A DNA stretch of 64,000 bases from Ylistrum balloti (GCF_031769215.1 NW_026782111.1:992001-1056000), one strand, 5' to 3'; shown: positions 26,643-39,524, counted from the stretch's first letter. Program-made: numbers and translations. Notes: generated by a model not told the origin, from the sequence alone.

Positions 26643-27707
26643 CTAGATACAAAGATACCAGATACAAAGAATCTTTGCTCTATGTCGAATATACACAGTT
26701 TTTTGTATCAGCTGTTCAAAGTTTGTAGCTTGACAAGCATGTCCTTAATCAGAAAGACAAGATCACAGTGTACACACAACAAAAGTTTGATCTTAAGACA
26801 TTTCTAGTTGTAATCTGGTATATTACATTTGTGGATTAAGAGCTTGAGGTTATCAGATAACATTTTGTTCAATGCTGGGAAAGTTCTGCGGTCGTCAGAG
26901 CAATCTCATTGAAAAACATTCTGTTTCTCTGGAATATGCTGTTCGAAGTTTGGCACCAGAAAAAAGTGCGAGATATCTATGATTAAATATCACATTTTGG
27001 AATTAAATCCAGAGAGGGCAGAGAACTGAGTAAACCTCTACCTAACAAGACCTCTGATCTACGGCACCAAAAACAGCTACTCTAAAATAATTGTATTTGA
27101 GTTAATTTTTTTGTTTTATTCTAAAATGGAAAAAATGCATTAAAAACGAAGAAAACCGCAATCTTTTTTAATTCTCAAAGAGAGAGCGGTTTTGTAATAT
27201 AAATGAAATGTATAAAGGCAGCCTTGAATAATGACTTGTTTTAGTTTAGACACGGAGTCACATCAGGTACATTCACCTGTTGTGGATTTAATAACGTGAC
27301 TGAGTTGTTGAAATGGAATCAGACTGAACAAGTCATACATATCTGGTCATTCAAAGTTCAAACTGAAAAATGCAGTTAAAATCGAAATTAATGTTGCCGA
27401 CATGTTTACAAAATCGGGAAACAAACTCAGGCTTAAAAACAAGGACACAAATTGAAGAAAAAAATACATTTACGCATCAGTAAAACTTCAATAAATACTA
27501 AATTCAGTTCCATATTTGTTCCGAAAGGATTAGCGTCTTCAGCTTCATTGACGACACATGTGCATCTCACTCAGTAAAAGTATATAATATCGAATTCTCC
27601 AATGCGACCACACTTCAGAACAACGAATTCCCCAGGAAAACTTATGATATGACCATAGAACAACTATATATATATATATATCAGACTTAAGCCATTGGAT
27701 ATCTTAA

Positions 27708-27750
27708 CATCACTGACGAGTCCTAGAAGGACAAAACAGCTGAATGATAC
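27708..27750 (+). ncRNA. Degenerate minimal hammerhead ribozyme (probably inactive)
   Basis: CATCA CTGACGA GTCC TAGAA GGAC AAAA CAGCTGAA TGAT: G12 to A, and the cleavage triplet is GAA. Confidence 0.8.
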
Positions 27751-29331
27751 ATTATAATTCATAATTTTGTGATTTTATGTATCTATACATTTGTATTAAA
27801 AATGTTATTCACTTCTGTGTATTTTTTACTTAATAATACATATCATATTACTGTGAGGTCGTTAATTCTTTAGTTTTATTTTGGCGGTTCTAGTAATTTT
27901 GCGATATTCCATGTCAAAAAATGATGAATAGTTTGATATTGACATAGAATTTTAGTACCTGTGGATTTTGTGAGCGCTATATATCCATGTAAAGTGACAA
28001 AGAATTTATTCTTTGACATGCGTGATTTTGAAGTATGTGAAATAACTGAAGTATGACTATCATTTTCCATTGTCCTCAAGGATTTCACTTTGTCAGGTTG
28101 AATTTTTAACCAATTTAATTTCTAGATGTTTTCTGTGATGATTAATAATAAGGGGTCATATGAACTATCATGTTGTTTGGCATATCGTCCTTAAGTCAAG
28201 CTGGAAAAAACCGTCTCATAACAATGAGTGAAAATCTCGTTTCCTCGCGGAAATAGATAATCACAGGACGAAAATATGTTTTTTTTTTTCTGATTTTGAT
28301 TAAATTATTTTGAGGATTTGTCTACAACAGTCAAATTAATTTTGTTAGGCTTATTTGTCTTGTCTTGTGACGAAATTGGATAAGAAAGTCATTGGTTTTG
28401 TCTCCCCCATTCGTGAAATGGAATCACCCACCCACTCCCCTTTGTACCAACAATATTGTCCATGTTAACAGTCGGCGTCCCTTAAAAACTTGTCGCGGAG
28501 AATTTATTGTGTCTAGACCTAATGACAGGCATTGGTTACAACTCGCGTATTTTTATACCTTGCCGGTCTCGTGTATAAGGATAGTCTGTTCGACTCCCAG
28601 GGGAGACAACTCCTCGTGAATAAAGATCCAACGCTGCCGGAAGTTGAATTAAAGAACCAATATTAGAAAAGCTATCGTTTAAAGGGTATACTTTAAAAAC
28701 ACTACGGTCTCAAAGACCCGATCATTTTAGAGAGAAAATTATAAAACGACTCCATTTAATGGACTTTTTATGGTGTAGAATCTAACAAAATAGGATTGGA
28801 AATACAATTATTAAGAAAGATTTGAAAGGTCAGCGGAGTTAGTGTGAGAACAATATGCCGTCTTGTCGATTTCCCTCAACACCACAAAGCAATGGGATTT
28901 GGGGTCGATATTTACATTCACGTCTTAAGTACTTTATCTTCGTCGATGTGTGTATGTGTTAAGTTGTAAACAGTCATCTACGGAACCTTTTCATGGATGT
29001 TTGTCTTGGTAACTTGTGTATGTCTGACATGGATGTTTATTTTCCTTGGAGAGGAAAACTGGGGTGTAACAGTACTGAAGGAACACATGGGTTGTTCGAG
29101 CTGAATACTGCGATAATATCATACACATAGGTCATTTTTACAGAGAGTTAATAGATTTTTCACATAATGTAGATAAATTTAATTTTCATGTACTTTGTGA
29201 AGGTTTAGTGCATATAGATTTAATAGAATTCTTCTTTTTCCATGAAGATTATTTTAAATAGTATTTATATATTTATCTTCTATACTTTGTATATTCCTAT
29301 AGTGTATTCTGTATGCTACATATATATGTTA

Positions 29332-29659
29332 CAGTAAGATTGTGAAATCACTAAAACACTCAGTGAATTTGTGAAATCCCTAATTCACTTAGTAATTTCA
29401 CGAAATCACTAAAATCTTTAAAGATTTCCTGCAATTACTGAAAAAAATACTGTTGTATTACACAAATTTTTGAATTATAATTATAATTATAATTTAAGGC
29501 AAAGGACAGCCAGGGATTTCGTGTAATAACTGTGAAGCATCGTTCCAGTTATTACAGGAAATCCCTAAAGATTTCAGTGATTTCGTGAAATTACTAAGTG
29601 AATGAATTCACTGAAAGTTTCAGTGATTTCACGAAATCCCTGATTTCGCAATCTTACTG
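29332..29659. mobile_element. Tc1/mariner-type MITE or foldback element with ~110-bp imperfect TIRs and TA flanks
   Basis: TA|CAGTAAGATT...AATCTTACTG|TA. The arms share CACTTAGTAATTTCACGAAATCACT in inverted orientation, around a central (AATTAT)n. Confidence 0.85.
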
Positions 29660-29736
29660 TAACTCACACAAATATATATACTACTACTACTACTACTACT
29701 ATATATGTATGTGTGTGTTTGGTGTGATTTATTCTC

Positions 29737-29772
<36 letters not shown>
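29660..29772. repeat. (TAC)n and (TG)n microsatellites
   Basis: Read directly from the sequence. Confidence 0.95.
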
Positions 29773-29774
<2 letters not shown>

Positions 29775-31809
29775 ATGTTGGATATGGAGCCAATGAAAGG
29801 AGACCATCAGGAGAAGGTTGTCTGTGCTCTGAGAGATAGAAAAATATGTGGCAACTCATAGAGAAGAGAGTTGAAAAGGAAATTAAATGTTGTCATTCAA
29901 TTGTAGATAAAGGAGTGAAAGTAACGGAATAGAAATAGACCGAGAAAAAAGTGCGTTTCTCATAATTTCCCGGACCATGAGCATGCCACGACCGTCGGTC
30001 TCACTACTTTCAAGAATCATGGTTTTTGCGTAATCTAATTGCGTATATCATTAAAGTATTTTGCCCAAAATCAGCAAATTTGTATCATAATTCATGGTTC
30101 TTAGTGATAAAAGCTAATTATTTCGTGCTATACATGCATAAAAAAACGTCGACGAGATCAAAATTATCTGCAACTGTGATCACCATTGGCGGAAATGTTC
30201 TGTAAGTGAAAGTTATATGTTTTCAATGTTCAAAACCATCTGCTCGTGGTAAGACTTGGTTGAAAGCCAGGATCGTCGTTATTGTAGCCCTTAACTCCAT
30301 AGAAAGCCGAGACGCTTGACGAGAAATGGACATTTAGTTTACTTTGAAGAAAGTAAGCGAATGCTATGTCTGATAAAAATTAATCGGTAAAATCAAATGA
30401 ATTCCCCACGCTCCTGATCAACCGGTTATAATATCCGTTTCTTTTCTTTTGTAAATCGGATTGTCTGGTGTGAGATTAAATTTAAAGTACACGGGAATGT
30501 AGTTTCCATTCATGGACCTACCATATCGGATTGACATACGTACTCTCCTCATATTCAAATGTTTGTTAGTTTTGCAGAGCTTATCGCTTCCCTGTAGCAG
30601 CTGGTGATTTTTTCTCTGAACATCTTGCGGGAGGTTCGTTGCATGCCAACCAGGGCAATCACTGACTGTGCTTTCAAGACCTCGTCTTAAAATAAACGAT
30701 TAAAATAAATATTCCCAACGAGATTGGAATACAGCCGTTGTGTTGCGGTACTCTGCTAAAGCAATCCATTTCACAACAGTAATGATAAAATTCAATTATA
30801 ACTATATCTACAGATTTAGTTTCGGCGTCAGATTTTGGAATTTAAGTAGATAAGAATTCAGTTTATAATGTGGATAGCTAATTTTCAACAATTAAAGCCG
30901 CGATTTCCTGTCCAAGAAACGATATAAAGACGCTTTCGCCGTGGTTAAATTAGTTTTGGTTTTAATTATATTTTTTCTAAATGATGCAAAATTTGTTGCC
31001 AAACATTTTATTGCAAACCGACTGAGCGTCGTTATCACTAATACACGTTCCATGGCGATCATCTATTGACCAGTAATACAAACTCTAGGGCTGTTATCTG
31101 TGTTTAAGAAGTGAAAAGCTCTTAACAAATCCTTTATCGTCTGTATTGATTTTTTGGTATCATTTCCTGGTATTGAGCCACGCCCCCTCCGCCCACTTCA
31201 TCTGAAGCGGTCACGTGATATTTGTATTTTTAGTGTCCTGGTTACGGCGTTTATCCGTGAAGATGTACTGCTATAAGTCTTAATAATTTTCAGTTTTCCA
31301 ATACGGCAAACCGGATTTGTATATGGCTATGTTTCAATGTAAATTAAATAGAACTGCAAAGAAAAAAGAATATGCTGACAACTGTAAACAATAAATTAAT
31401 AAAAAAATCTAAAAAAAAATATAGATAAGTAAAAGATAAAAAAATAAAAAGATTACAAACACGTAAGCAAAAATCAAATTTCGAACTTTAAAAGTTTTCA
31501 ACGTTCAAAAGATGATATAAGAGAAGATATCAACGATGACGAATGAAAGAAATGAAAAAAAAAGTATGATAAGACCGGATGTTTCCATAGATCTGAAATT
31601 GTAATAAACACGGATCCATTTCGAGAACATGCTTTGATCGACCCATTTATGGGTTGCCGTTTATTTTCATGAAGCAGAAAACGATTGCCTTTCTGGAACA
31701 TCTGGTTCTACTCTCCTTGTAAGTTTTCGAAAAAATCCTTCCCTTTGTCTATACTTCGGTATTGTCAAGTTGATAAGAAGTTAAGGTTTTATTCACACGT
31801 TGTTAAACA

Positions 31810-32008
31810 TTACTTTTGATCAATATAACAGTCAATGATAGTCACACGAACTGCTTCGACACGTGAGAAGCTCCTGGCAGTCTGAAAGCTTCTGATTTCT
31901 GGAAGCTGATCACTGGACTTGTAGCGAAAACTGGCACCAGCCGTTTGTGTGTTTGTGATACCATGAAACATATAGGCCTCCTGACTGGCGGTACACTCTG
32001 ACTGGTTC
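31810..32008 (-). CDS. Candidate last coding exon (4) of an unrecognised minus-strand gene
   Basis: Acceptor TATATTCTACAG, open to TAA at 31812-31810, with AATAAA at 31793-31788. The reading frame is uncertain (see findings). Confidence 0.5.
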
Positions 32009-32142
32009 CTGTAGAATATATATCAGTATCAAAGAGGGGTTTGAAAGGAATATTGACGTCTTTGTCTTTCTGTAAAACAAGCGCGTTGTGGATTTGAATT
32101 ACATCATTTAACACTCAACGTGTATTGATAACAGTATCTTAC

Positions 32143-32239
32143 CTTACTGAGGAATTTTGGACCACCTTTGATGGCGCTCCAAGGCGACTCGGGACGTCCT
32201 TTGTCGTCACTGCCGGTCTGGACATTCTGCAAAATCTCA
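32143..32239 (-). CDS. Candidate exon 3 (97 nt) of the minus-strand gene
   Basis: Acceptor TGTTTTTTCAG and donor AAG|GTAAGA; GC-rich; followed by a 134-nt GT-AG intron to exon 4. Confidence 0.65.
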
Positions 32240-33870
32240 CTGAAAAAACATAATAATCACATTAAGAAATGTATGTTGAAATGAGTTATTTTGATCGAAA
32301 CAATTGATTTTGTATTTAAAAAAACCTTACACGATAAAAAATATATAAAATTTAATTATTTTGGTTGTAAATCTTTCCTGATTTTATTAATTATACCTGT
32401 TTTCGGAGAAGGCCATCAAGGATAACCATCTGTCGTTTTCTATTTTATTGTTTGCCTATAGAGTCAGCGTCAATAAAGCGCTTTGATTTCAGGCGAAGTA
32501 ATGAGGAAAGCCTCATGCGTATCAAGAATTGGCTACAAGTAGTACACTATTTCTAAATTATCAATGTGAATGCAGGTTCCGTTGTAGAAAGAACAGGCGA
32601 ACATATTTATTGGTATATAATATCATTTTAACTTTATATGGAATAAGTTAATTCTGGCTGAAAGGAATCAATGCAAGATTTAGATTTATTTTGTATTATA
32701 ACTGAATTAATTATTGAATTAGTAGAGTTTAAACTACGTTGATTCTACCTCGGAGCAAATAATTTGACACAATTTCCGTCCAGACCCTACATCAGAGGGT
32801 AAGACCTCTCCCCCATATTTGTTTGTTTTTGCACCTCCCTAGCCGATAAAACAGATGACACTTACCTTTCTGGAACACATGGTCTTATTCCTTTTGAAAT
32901 AATTCTACACATAAATTTTTCGGGTTTTTTTTAATGTGTTGTCAAAGATTAATCGTATTTGAGTTCGAATTAAGAATCTGTTGACATGTCGATAATTCAT
33001 TTTTGGATTCAAACTATGATAAACCATATCTTATGCTGTTATTTATGAAGAAAATGTTCAAAAAGATTTATGATCCACGCATAATAGTAACAGGAACATG
33101 ATTGTAAAATAGACGGTGGGAAGAAAACTTTAAACGGGTTTTCTATATTCTCGGAGAGAGATATCGAATGCAAATGCGTTTTTGGCAGTTATAGTATTCT
33201 CAAATGACTCCTAATTCAAACTTTGGGTAGCTACATTACTATCATCTGTTAAAATCCCATTTATATTAACATGCAAAAATCAACAATTTCGATTGCTACA
33301 GTGCAAATGTAATTATATATTATCATATCAGAAATGAAGTAATTTTGCTGTAACCGTGGAATTACAGACAAAAATGATTTTGAAATTTTGATAATAATTT
33401 TCTATCTGTAAATATCATTAGAGTTGGAAAGCTTGCGATTAAAATGTTCACGTGCACTTTATTTAACCACACAGTTATGATAATACATGGGATGTTTGGT
33501 GTTGTTCGTTTATGACCCATATTTATTCAGTCAGTTTTAAAAGCCGATAAAAGGCTTGTACTCTTTGTAGTAATAAAGTACCGTTTCCAAATGAAGCCGG
33601 CTTGACTTTACTGCACTTGGAAGCTAAGAGCTACATACTGTGGTAATTATAACGTGACTTAGATTACATAAACCGTGTCAATGGTATGACATAATCACTT
33701 ACTAGTTCTGAATTCATTCCATATCATGCCAAATGTCGGTCAACGTTTTGCAACTGTTTAAATACATATGGAATCAGTTTTCACCCAAAAATTTAAAAAC
33801 AAAATACATGTGATGTGGAATAAAAAAAATAAAGAAATTTGTGAATAAAGAGACAACTTTAAATTCTTAC

Positions 33871-33979
33871 TCCAAACTTTCTTGCTGACGTCACCGAGAG
33901 CTCTCGATAGTCTGTGTTTATTTTCCTCGCTATTGAGATTGACGTTAGATGGTGTATTAACGTTACGGAGTAAGGCAGC
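33871..33979 (-). CDS. Candidate exon 2 (109 nt; AALLRNVNTPSNVNLNSEENKHRLSRALGDVSKKVW)
   Basis: Acceptor GGATTTTTTCAG and donor GGA|GTAAGA. Overlaps ORF 33758..34009. Confidence 0.6.
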
Positions 33980-34217
33980 CTGAAAAAATCCGTCTCTGTA
34001 TCCTTTCATTTATCATTTTAGGATCGGATATTTGTTTTGTCCTTAGAGACATGCTTGGTGATTTGTTTCTATGTTAATCAGGTCATGTATATAGGTATTT
34101 AATTAGAAATGTTTTTGTTGACTATCAGCATTAATGCTACGTCGACGTAAAAAGACTTGTAGTGACGTAGAATGACTTGCAGTTACGTAAAAGACACTGA
34201 TATATGATGTTACTTAC

Positions 34218-34283
34218 TTGATCTGTTAGGAAGCAGATAAAAGTTGGTGGTACAACACCAGGGATGGGTTTATAGACAGTCAT
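34218..34283 (-). CDS. Candidate exon 1 (MTVYKPIPGVVPPTFICFLTDQ)
   Basis: AAAACATGA start context and CAA|GTAAGT donor, phase 0, compatible with exon 2. Confidence 0.5.
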
Positions 34284-34379
34284 GTTTTAAGGTCATTGCT
34301 CTCGCGGACAAATTAGCCTGGTATGTTTATGTAGATACAATATTGGATGTAGGTAAACAGCTCCCAGATCGTGACTGTA

Positions 34380-34480
34380 GTCACGTGTTAAGTAACCAAT
34401 GCCAACACAGTACACAAATATGACGTCAGGTTTCTAAAGGGACGAGAACTGCGCAGCGGTCAACAATCAAGCGGTAAGTC
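34380..34480. promoter_or_regulatory. Candidate bidirectional promoter: E-box CACGTG (34382), CCAAT (34396), CRE TGACGTCA (34421), + strand donor G|GTAAGT (34474)
   Basis: Motif cluster ~100 bp upstream of the minus-strand ATG. Confidence 0.45.
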
Positions 34481-34830
34481 AACAGAAATATTTGCCAAAA
34501 TGTTTGACCTTGCTTCAATAACACAATATGGACTCTGTGATGTTATGACTGGTTCTCTGTGTAGTCTACGATCCAAATATATATTCGGGAATGTGCTGAC
34601 TACATGCTTAATACGAAATATAAATATGATATATATAACAAAAACACTTATACGTCGTTTTTATTAACACATACAATATTGCTTTGTTACCTTTTATTCA
34701 ATTTCAACTTTTGTACTTGTAACAACTACCAACATGTCAACAGAATCATAATCCAAATTCAATAAAATTATATCAAAATATGAATAAAAGAAAAATTTAC
34801 ACGGATACTCCAGAACAAATTAAAATGATA

Positions 34831-34895
34831 ATAAGACCAAGTGTTCCAGAAGAGAAAGTGTCTTCTGCTTTATGGACGACACCCACCATGTAAAT
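34831..34895 (+). repeat. Dispersed repeat family (TAAGACC..TGTTCCAGAA.GG..TCTGCTTTAT)
   Basis: Related copies at ~31670-31710 (-), 32845-32890 (-), 50028-50080 (+) and 61290-61350 (+). Confidence 0.65.
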
Positions 34896-34937
34896 ATTGG
34901 TCATTCCAAGCAATGTCACGTCCTCAAATCAAGGTAT

Positions 34938-36120
34938 ACAACAAAGGAACCAAAAGACAAACTAATGAGCATCAAACACGTCCAGCTTCATACCGTACAA
35001 CAGAACCAAAAGACAAACTAATGAGCATCAAACACGTCCAGCTTCATACCGTACAACAGAACCAAAAGACAAACTAATGAGCATCAAACACGTCCAGCTT
35101 CATACCGTACAACAGAACCAAAAGACAAACTAATGAGCATCAAACCCGTCCAGCTTCATATCGCACAACTGAACCAACAGACAAACTAATGAGTATCAAA
35201 CATGTCCAGCTTCATATCACACAACGGAACCAACAGACAAACTAATGAGTATCAAACATGTCCAGCTTCATACCGTACAACAGAACCAAAAGACAAACTA
35301 ATGAGTATCAAACACGTCCAGCTTTATATCGCACAACTGAACCAGCAGACAAACTAATGAGTATCAAACACGTCCAGCTTCATACCGTACAACAGAACCA
35401 AAAGACAAACTAATGAGCATCAAACACGTCCAGCTTTATATCGCACAACTGAACCAACAGACAAACTAATGAGCATCAAACACGTCCAGCTTCATACCGT
35501 ACAACAGAACCAAAAGACAAACTAATGAGTATCAAACACGTCCAGCTTCATATCGCACAACTGAACCAACAGACAAACTAATGAGTATCAAACACGTCCA
35601 GCTTCATATCGCACTACTGAACCAACAGACAAACTAATGAGCATCAAACACGTCAAGCTTCATACCGTACAACAGAACCAAAAGACAAACTAATGAGTAT
35701 CAAACACGTCCAGCTTCATATCGCACAACTGAACCAACAGACAAACTAATGAGTATCAAACACGTCCAGCTTCATACCGTACAACAGAACCAAAAGACAA
35801 ACTAATGAGTATCAAACACGTCCAGCTTCATACCGTACAACAGAACCAACAGACAAACTAATGAGCATAAAACACGTCCAGCTTCATATCGCACAACTGA
35901 ACCAACAGACAAACTAATGAGCATCAAACACGTCCAGCTTCATACCGTACAACAGAACCAAAAGACAAACTAATGAGCATCAAACACGTCCAGCTTCATA
36001 CCGTACACAGAACCAAAAGACAAACTAATGAGCATCAAACACGTCCAGCTTCATACCGTACAACAGAACCAACAGACAAACTAATGAGCATCAAACACGT
36101 CCAGCTTCATATCGTACAAA
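34938..36120. repeat. 56-bp satellite, about 21 units, with two interspersed variants
   Basis: GACAAACTAATGAG recurs at 34956, 35012, 35068 and onward (period 56). Confidence 0.97.
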
Positions 36121-36560
36121 GAAATGAAATATTTCTCAATGAGACCACGGCGACGACCGTAAAACGTCCCAATAAGTTTAAATAGCCTGCATCTTTTAAA
36201 CTCTGTGACTAATTACTTAAGATGGAGTAATCACATGGAACCTTCATGTCACCAGAATGCGGGATCATTATACAATTGTTACTCTACGGTCGTATTTGTG
36301 TATTTTTCATGATGTTTTTTCTACCCTTTCTTTTAAATTTGTGAAATATGACACTTCAACAGTTTCTTGTTTGATGCCATTGTTATATGCCTATGTCATA
36401 ATATTGATATTTTTCGCTCATTCTTCTTTATGATCGTAAAAAATATCAATTGACTGTCATTTTCGATAAATAGAAGATTGTGCAAAGAGGCATGAGTGTA
36501 AAGCACTTGTCAATACAAATTTAGCATGAAATACAGAAGAGCCAAATAATGAATTAAACT

Positions 36561-36604
36561 GCATATCACAGCTGCTACTTTCTTCGAGGACTCGTTAGTG
36601 ATAC
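36561..36604 (-). ncRNA. Degenerate hammerhead copy with family flanks
   Basis: Minus strand: GTTTCACAACTTTGTCCCTCA GTATCA CTAACGA GTCC TCGAA GAAAGTAG CAGCTGTG ATATGC AGTTTAATTC. Confidence 0.7.
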
Positions 36605-38009
36605 TGAGGGACAAAGTTGTGAAACGTAGTAGACAACTCAGAAAAATGAAAATTAATCAAAAGAAAAGTAAAGTTCTAGGTGGAAAGGTGCACTAGCCCC
36701 ATAATCAAATAATTGTTATGAATTTTTTATACATCAGGTAATTTTAGAACTGTGTCAAGCACATAGGTATATTCACCAAGAATTGATATATACATTATAC
36801 TTATCAAATATTAATTAATTGTTTATCGTCAACATTTGTCGAGGAGATTCTCAAAAACGAAATATATCCTGAACAACTCGAGACGCATAGTTTGGCTAAG
36901 TTATGGATTGAATAATGCTGGTATTTGTTGCATATTGATGTGATAAATGCTTGAATGAAAATCGATGTATTCTACTTTCGGTTTATTTGAATGAAACTTA
37001 ATAATACAATATCGGCATATTTCATTTGGATTTGATATGTCAGAAATTAATATGCTGAAGAGTGTTGTTGTTCCTGTAATCAACATAAACTGCGGTGACA
37101 ATAGATTCTTTCATTGATTTCACATGAATCAAGGCAAGACACGTGAAAAGTCGTGGATCTGGAGACGTAGAGGAAATTGAATATCGATCTATGTTTTGGT
37201 CTTATGCAATAAACTGTAAATTACACACTGGGTACCATAAAGCAAGGAATAGTATAATATTGCCTCTATATACATATCGAGCAACAAGCATCAAGGTCAA
37301 AGAATGGCATTTTCAATACGAGATAGCAAAATTATAGGCGATGAAAATAAGAGAATACAGCCAGTAAACAAAATCGTAACTCTTACCAAAAATCGAAGAT
37401 GAAACTTGGCAATAAGTCGCCTTCGGCCATTCACCCGAAGAATCAGGCTCTTGGAGGAACAGTCTCAGTGTAGGGAATGAAGTACGAAACATGAACACCT
37501 GATCTTAGGGGAAACACAAATTGAAAACTAACGATAGAAGAATTGAAAGCATCACTATTGTAATACAGTTTTTTGGCAAGTTGTTCTGTTAAGGTTTAAG
37601 TACGTAGATATGAAGTTTAGTGCCTCTTGCAGACGAGTTTTGGTGTTCTTGGTTTCAACGTAAGATGGAAGGGATGGAAGATAAGTTTACATTCAGCATA
37701 GACTATGGTCTTGCTGAAGACAACTTGTCTGTAGATAAAGTGATGCAGAATTTGTACTAAAGATATAAGATTCAATAGCACTTTTCTATACAACTTTGAC
37801 TTTGATACCGTAGGGAAAAATAATTATGGAAACTTCATTATACAGTTGTTTTGTCCTATTTTGTCCTAAAGTAAATTTCTCAAATATTAAGTGAAGGATT
37901 ACATCTAATTTTACAACATTCTTAAACTGTCTTAGTTAATTTGATTGGTCAGTGTAAATATTTTTTCGATGATACCACGCTTGTAATTGTTCTTGTCTAT
38001 GTTGGAAGA

Positions 38010-38113
38010 GTGTACAAAAGACACACAAGTGAAAAGTGCCTTTTAATGCAAATTATATAAGATACAGTTAAACAATCAATTGAATATCATCACAAGGCTG
38101 TTTCGTCCTTCCA
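38010..38113 (-). mobile_element. 5'-truncated hammerhead-family copy (3' half of the HHR plus downstream flank)
   Basis: Minus strand: GAAGGACGAAACAGCCTTGTGATG, then a flank matching the TTCACTT..TTTGTAC downstream consensus. Confidence 0.6.
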
Positions 38114-39198
38114 TAACGAAATATTTACACTTACACAGTCTTATTACTGTGCAACATTACCAGATTAAAATGTTTAACATACTAGTATGGAAACATTGAC
38201 CTTTGAACCTGCGTATGAAAATGTTACAGGAACTACTTATGCCAAAAACATGGATTTTTTAAAAAACATTTTAACGTAAAAGGGTGATGTTATTTTCTAA
38301 GAAATGAAATATGTAAATAGAATTTAAAAACATAATCAAATAATACACCATGAATATTTTTTTATAAAAGTCAAAAAAAGGTAATAAGAACCCGCTATGG
38401 ATCGCTTTCACATTTTGTTGTCTGCAGCGTCGACGCTGTTAACAACGTCGGTATCAAAACGTATGAAAGCGGTGACTTACAGCAAGTGATATGTAAAATT
38501 CTTCATCGGAACGAATGAACAACTTCAACAGCTCTGATGAGAAAGGTTTAAGCATAAAAGATGAAGACATTAATCAGATTAAATATGATAATCCGTAAAA
38601 ATGTTTCTGTAATACTTAAAACCGAACCTTTATATCGCCGCGGACGAAAATGTTCAGTTTGTTGTGAAGAGTCAGCAGTGGCTGTTCTTCTAATTAAACC
38701 TCCTCCCACCAATGACCGACTTTTCCAGAGTGATTACGTCACGTACTTACAAGGATTGCTCTACAGTTGATTTTGATGAAAAGACACAGATGTGTTAATA
38801 TAGGGATAGGAATTTTATTTTATGTTAACTATGCTTTTATGGAGCGATTCCTCTACGGATATATTCTAGAGGAAGCGCTTAATAAATAACATTTATGACA
38901 CTTCATATGCAAAATTGATAGAAATCTATTTTCAGTAAAGCAATCGAGAAGGGGTGTTCGTGGTTAAGAAAGTGTGAAAACTGTTTACAGTTAAGCAAAT
39001 TATAAAACGGTGTCTGCAGTAGGACAAATGATAAAAATGTGTGGGCAGTTAGACAAATGTTAAAGATCTGTTCGCAGTGAGGTAAGCTGTGCAAATGTAA
39101 TACTGATATTAAAATAAATATATATAAATATACACAAATTAATTCCTTTAAACATGAACTTTGAGTGATGTGTAGTAGAACAAGTTATGAACTAAAAT

Positions 39199-39242
39199 GC
39201 AGCCTACAGCTGTTTTGTCCTTCTAGGACTCGTCAGTGATGA
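39199..39242 (-). ncRNA. Near-complete minimal hammerhead with a G12 to A change
   Basis: Minus strand: CATCA CTGACGA GTCC TAGAA GGAC AAAA CAGCTGTA GGCTGC. The family upstream flank extends to ~39430. Confidence 0.85.
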
Positions 39243-39492
39243 TAAGGACCTAAGTCATGAAACCTAGGAGGTGACTCTGGAAAACCCAAAGTGATCGAGT
39301 AGATATGCCAAAATCTTAGAGGAGCTGTTCGAATGAAAGAGACGTGCAGATTATGGCAAACGTCTGTAACTAAAAAGTCCACGAGTAATGTTGAGCACCT
39401 GCAGTCTCGAAGAATGTACAAATGACACGCATGTAAAGAACACATTTCAACACACACAAGAACTAGATACAGTACAGCCAAATAATTAAACT

Positions 39493-39524
39493 GCCTCATA
39501 CATCTGTTTCAGCCTTCTAGGATT
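39493..39524 (-). ncRNA. Degenerate hammerhead (CUGA core lost), one family monomer upstream of the 39.2-kb copy
   Basis: Minus strand: ATCC TAGAA GGCT GAAA CAGATGTA TGAGGC AGTTTAATT. Confidence 0.65.

Noticed and set aside
30380-30690. About 100 open codons on the minus strand as a further exon
   Set aside because: Weak AAG acceptor and phase not compatible with the likely upstream donor.
32860-32904. Perfect minus-strand donor AAAG|GTAAGT as a definite exon
   Set aside because: It lies within a dispersed repeat copy, the acceptor is weak, and the 39-nt version introduces a stop. Kept only as an alternative model.
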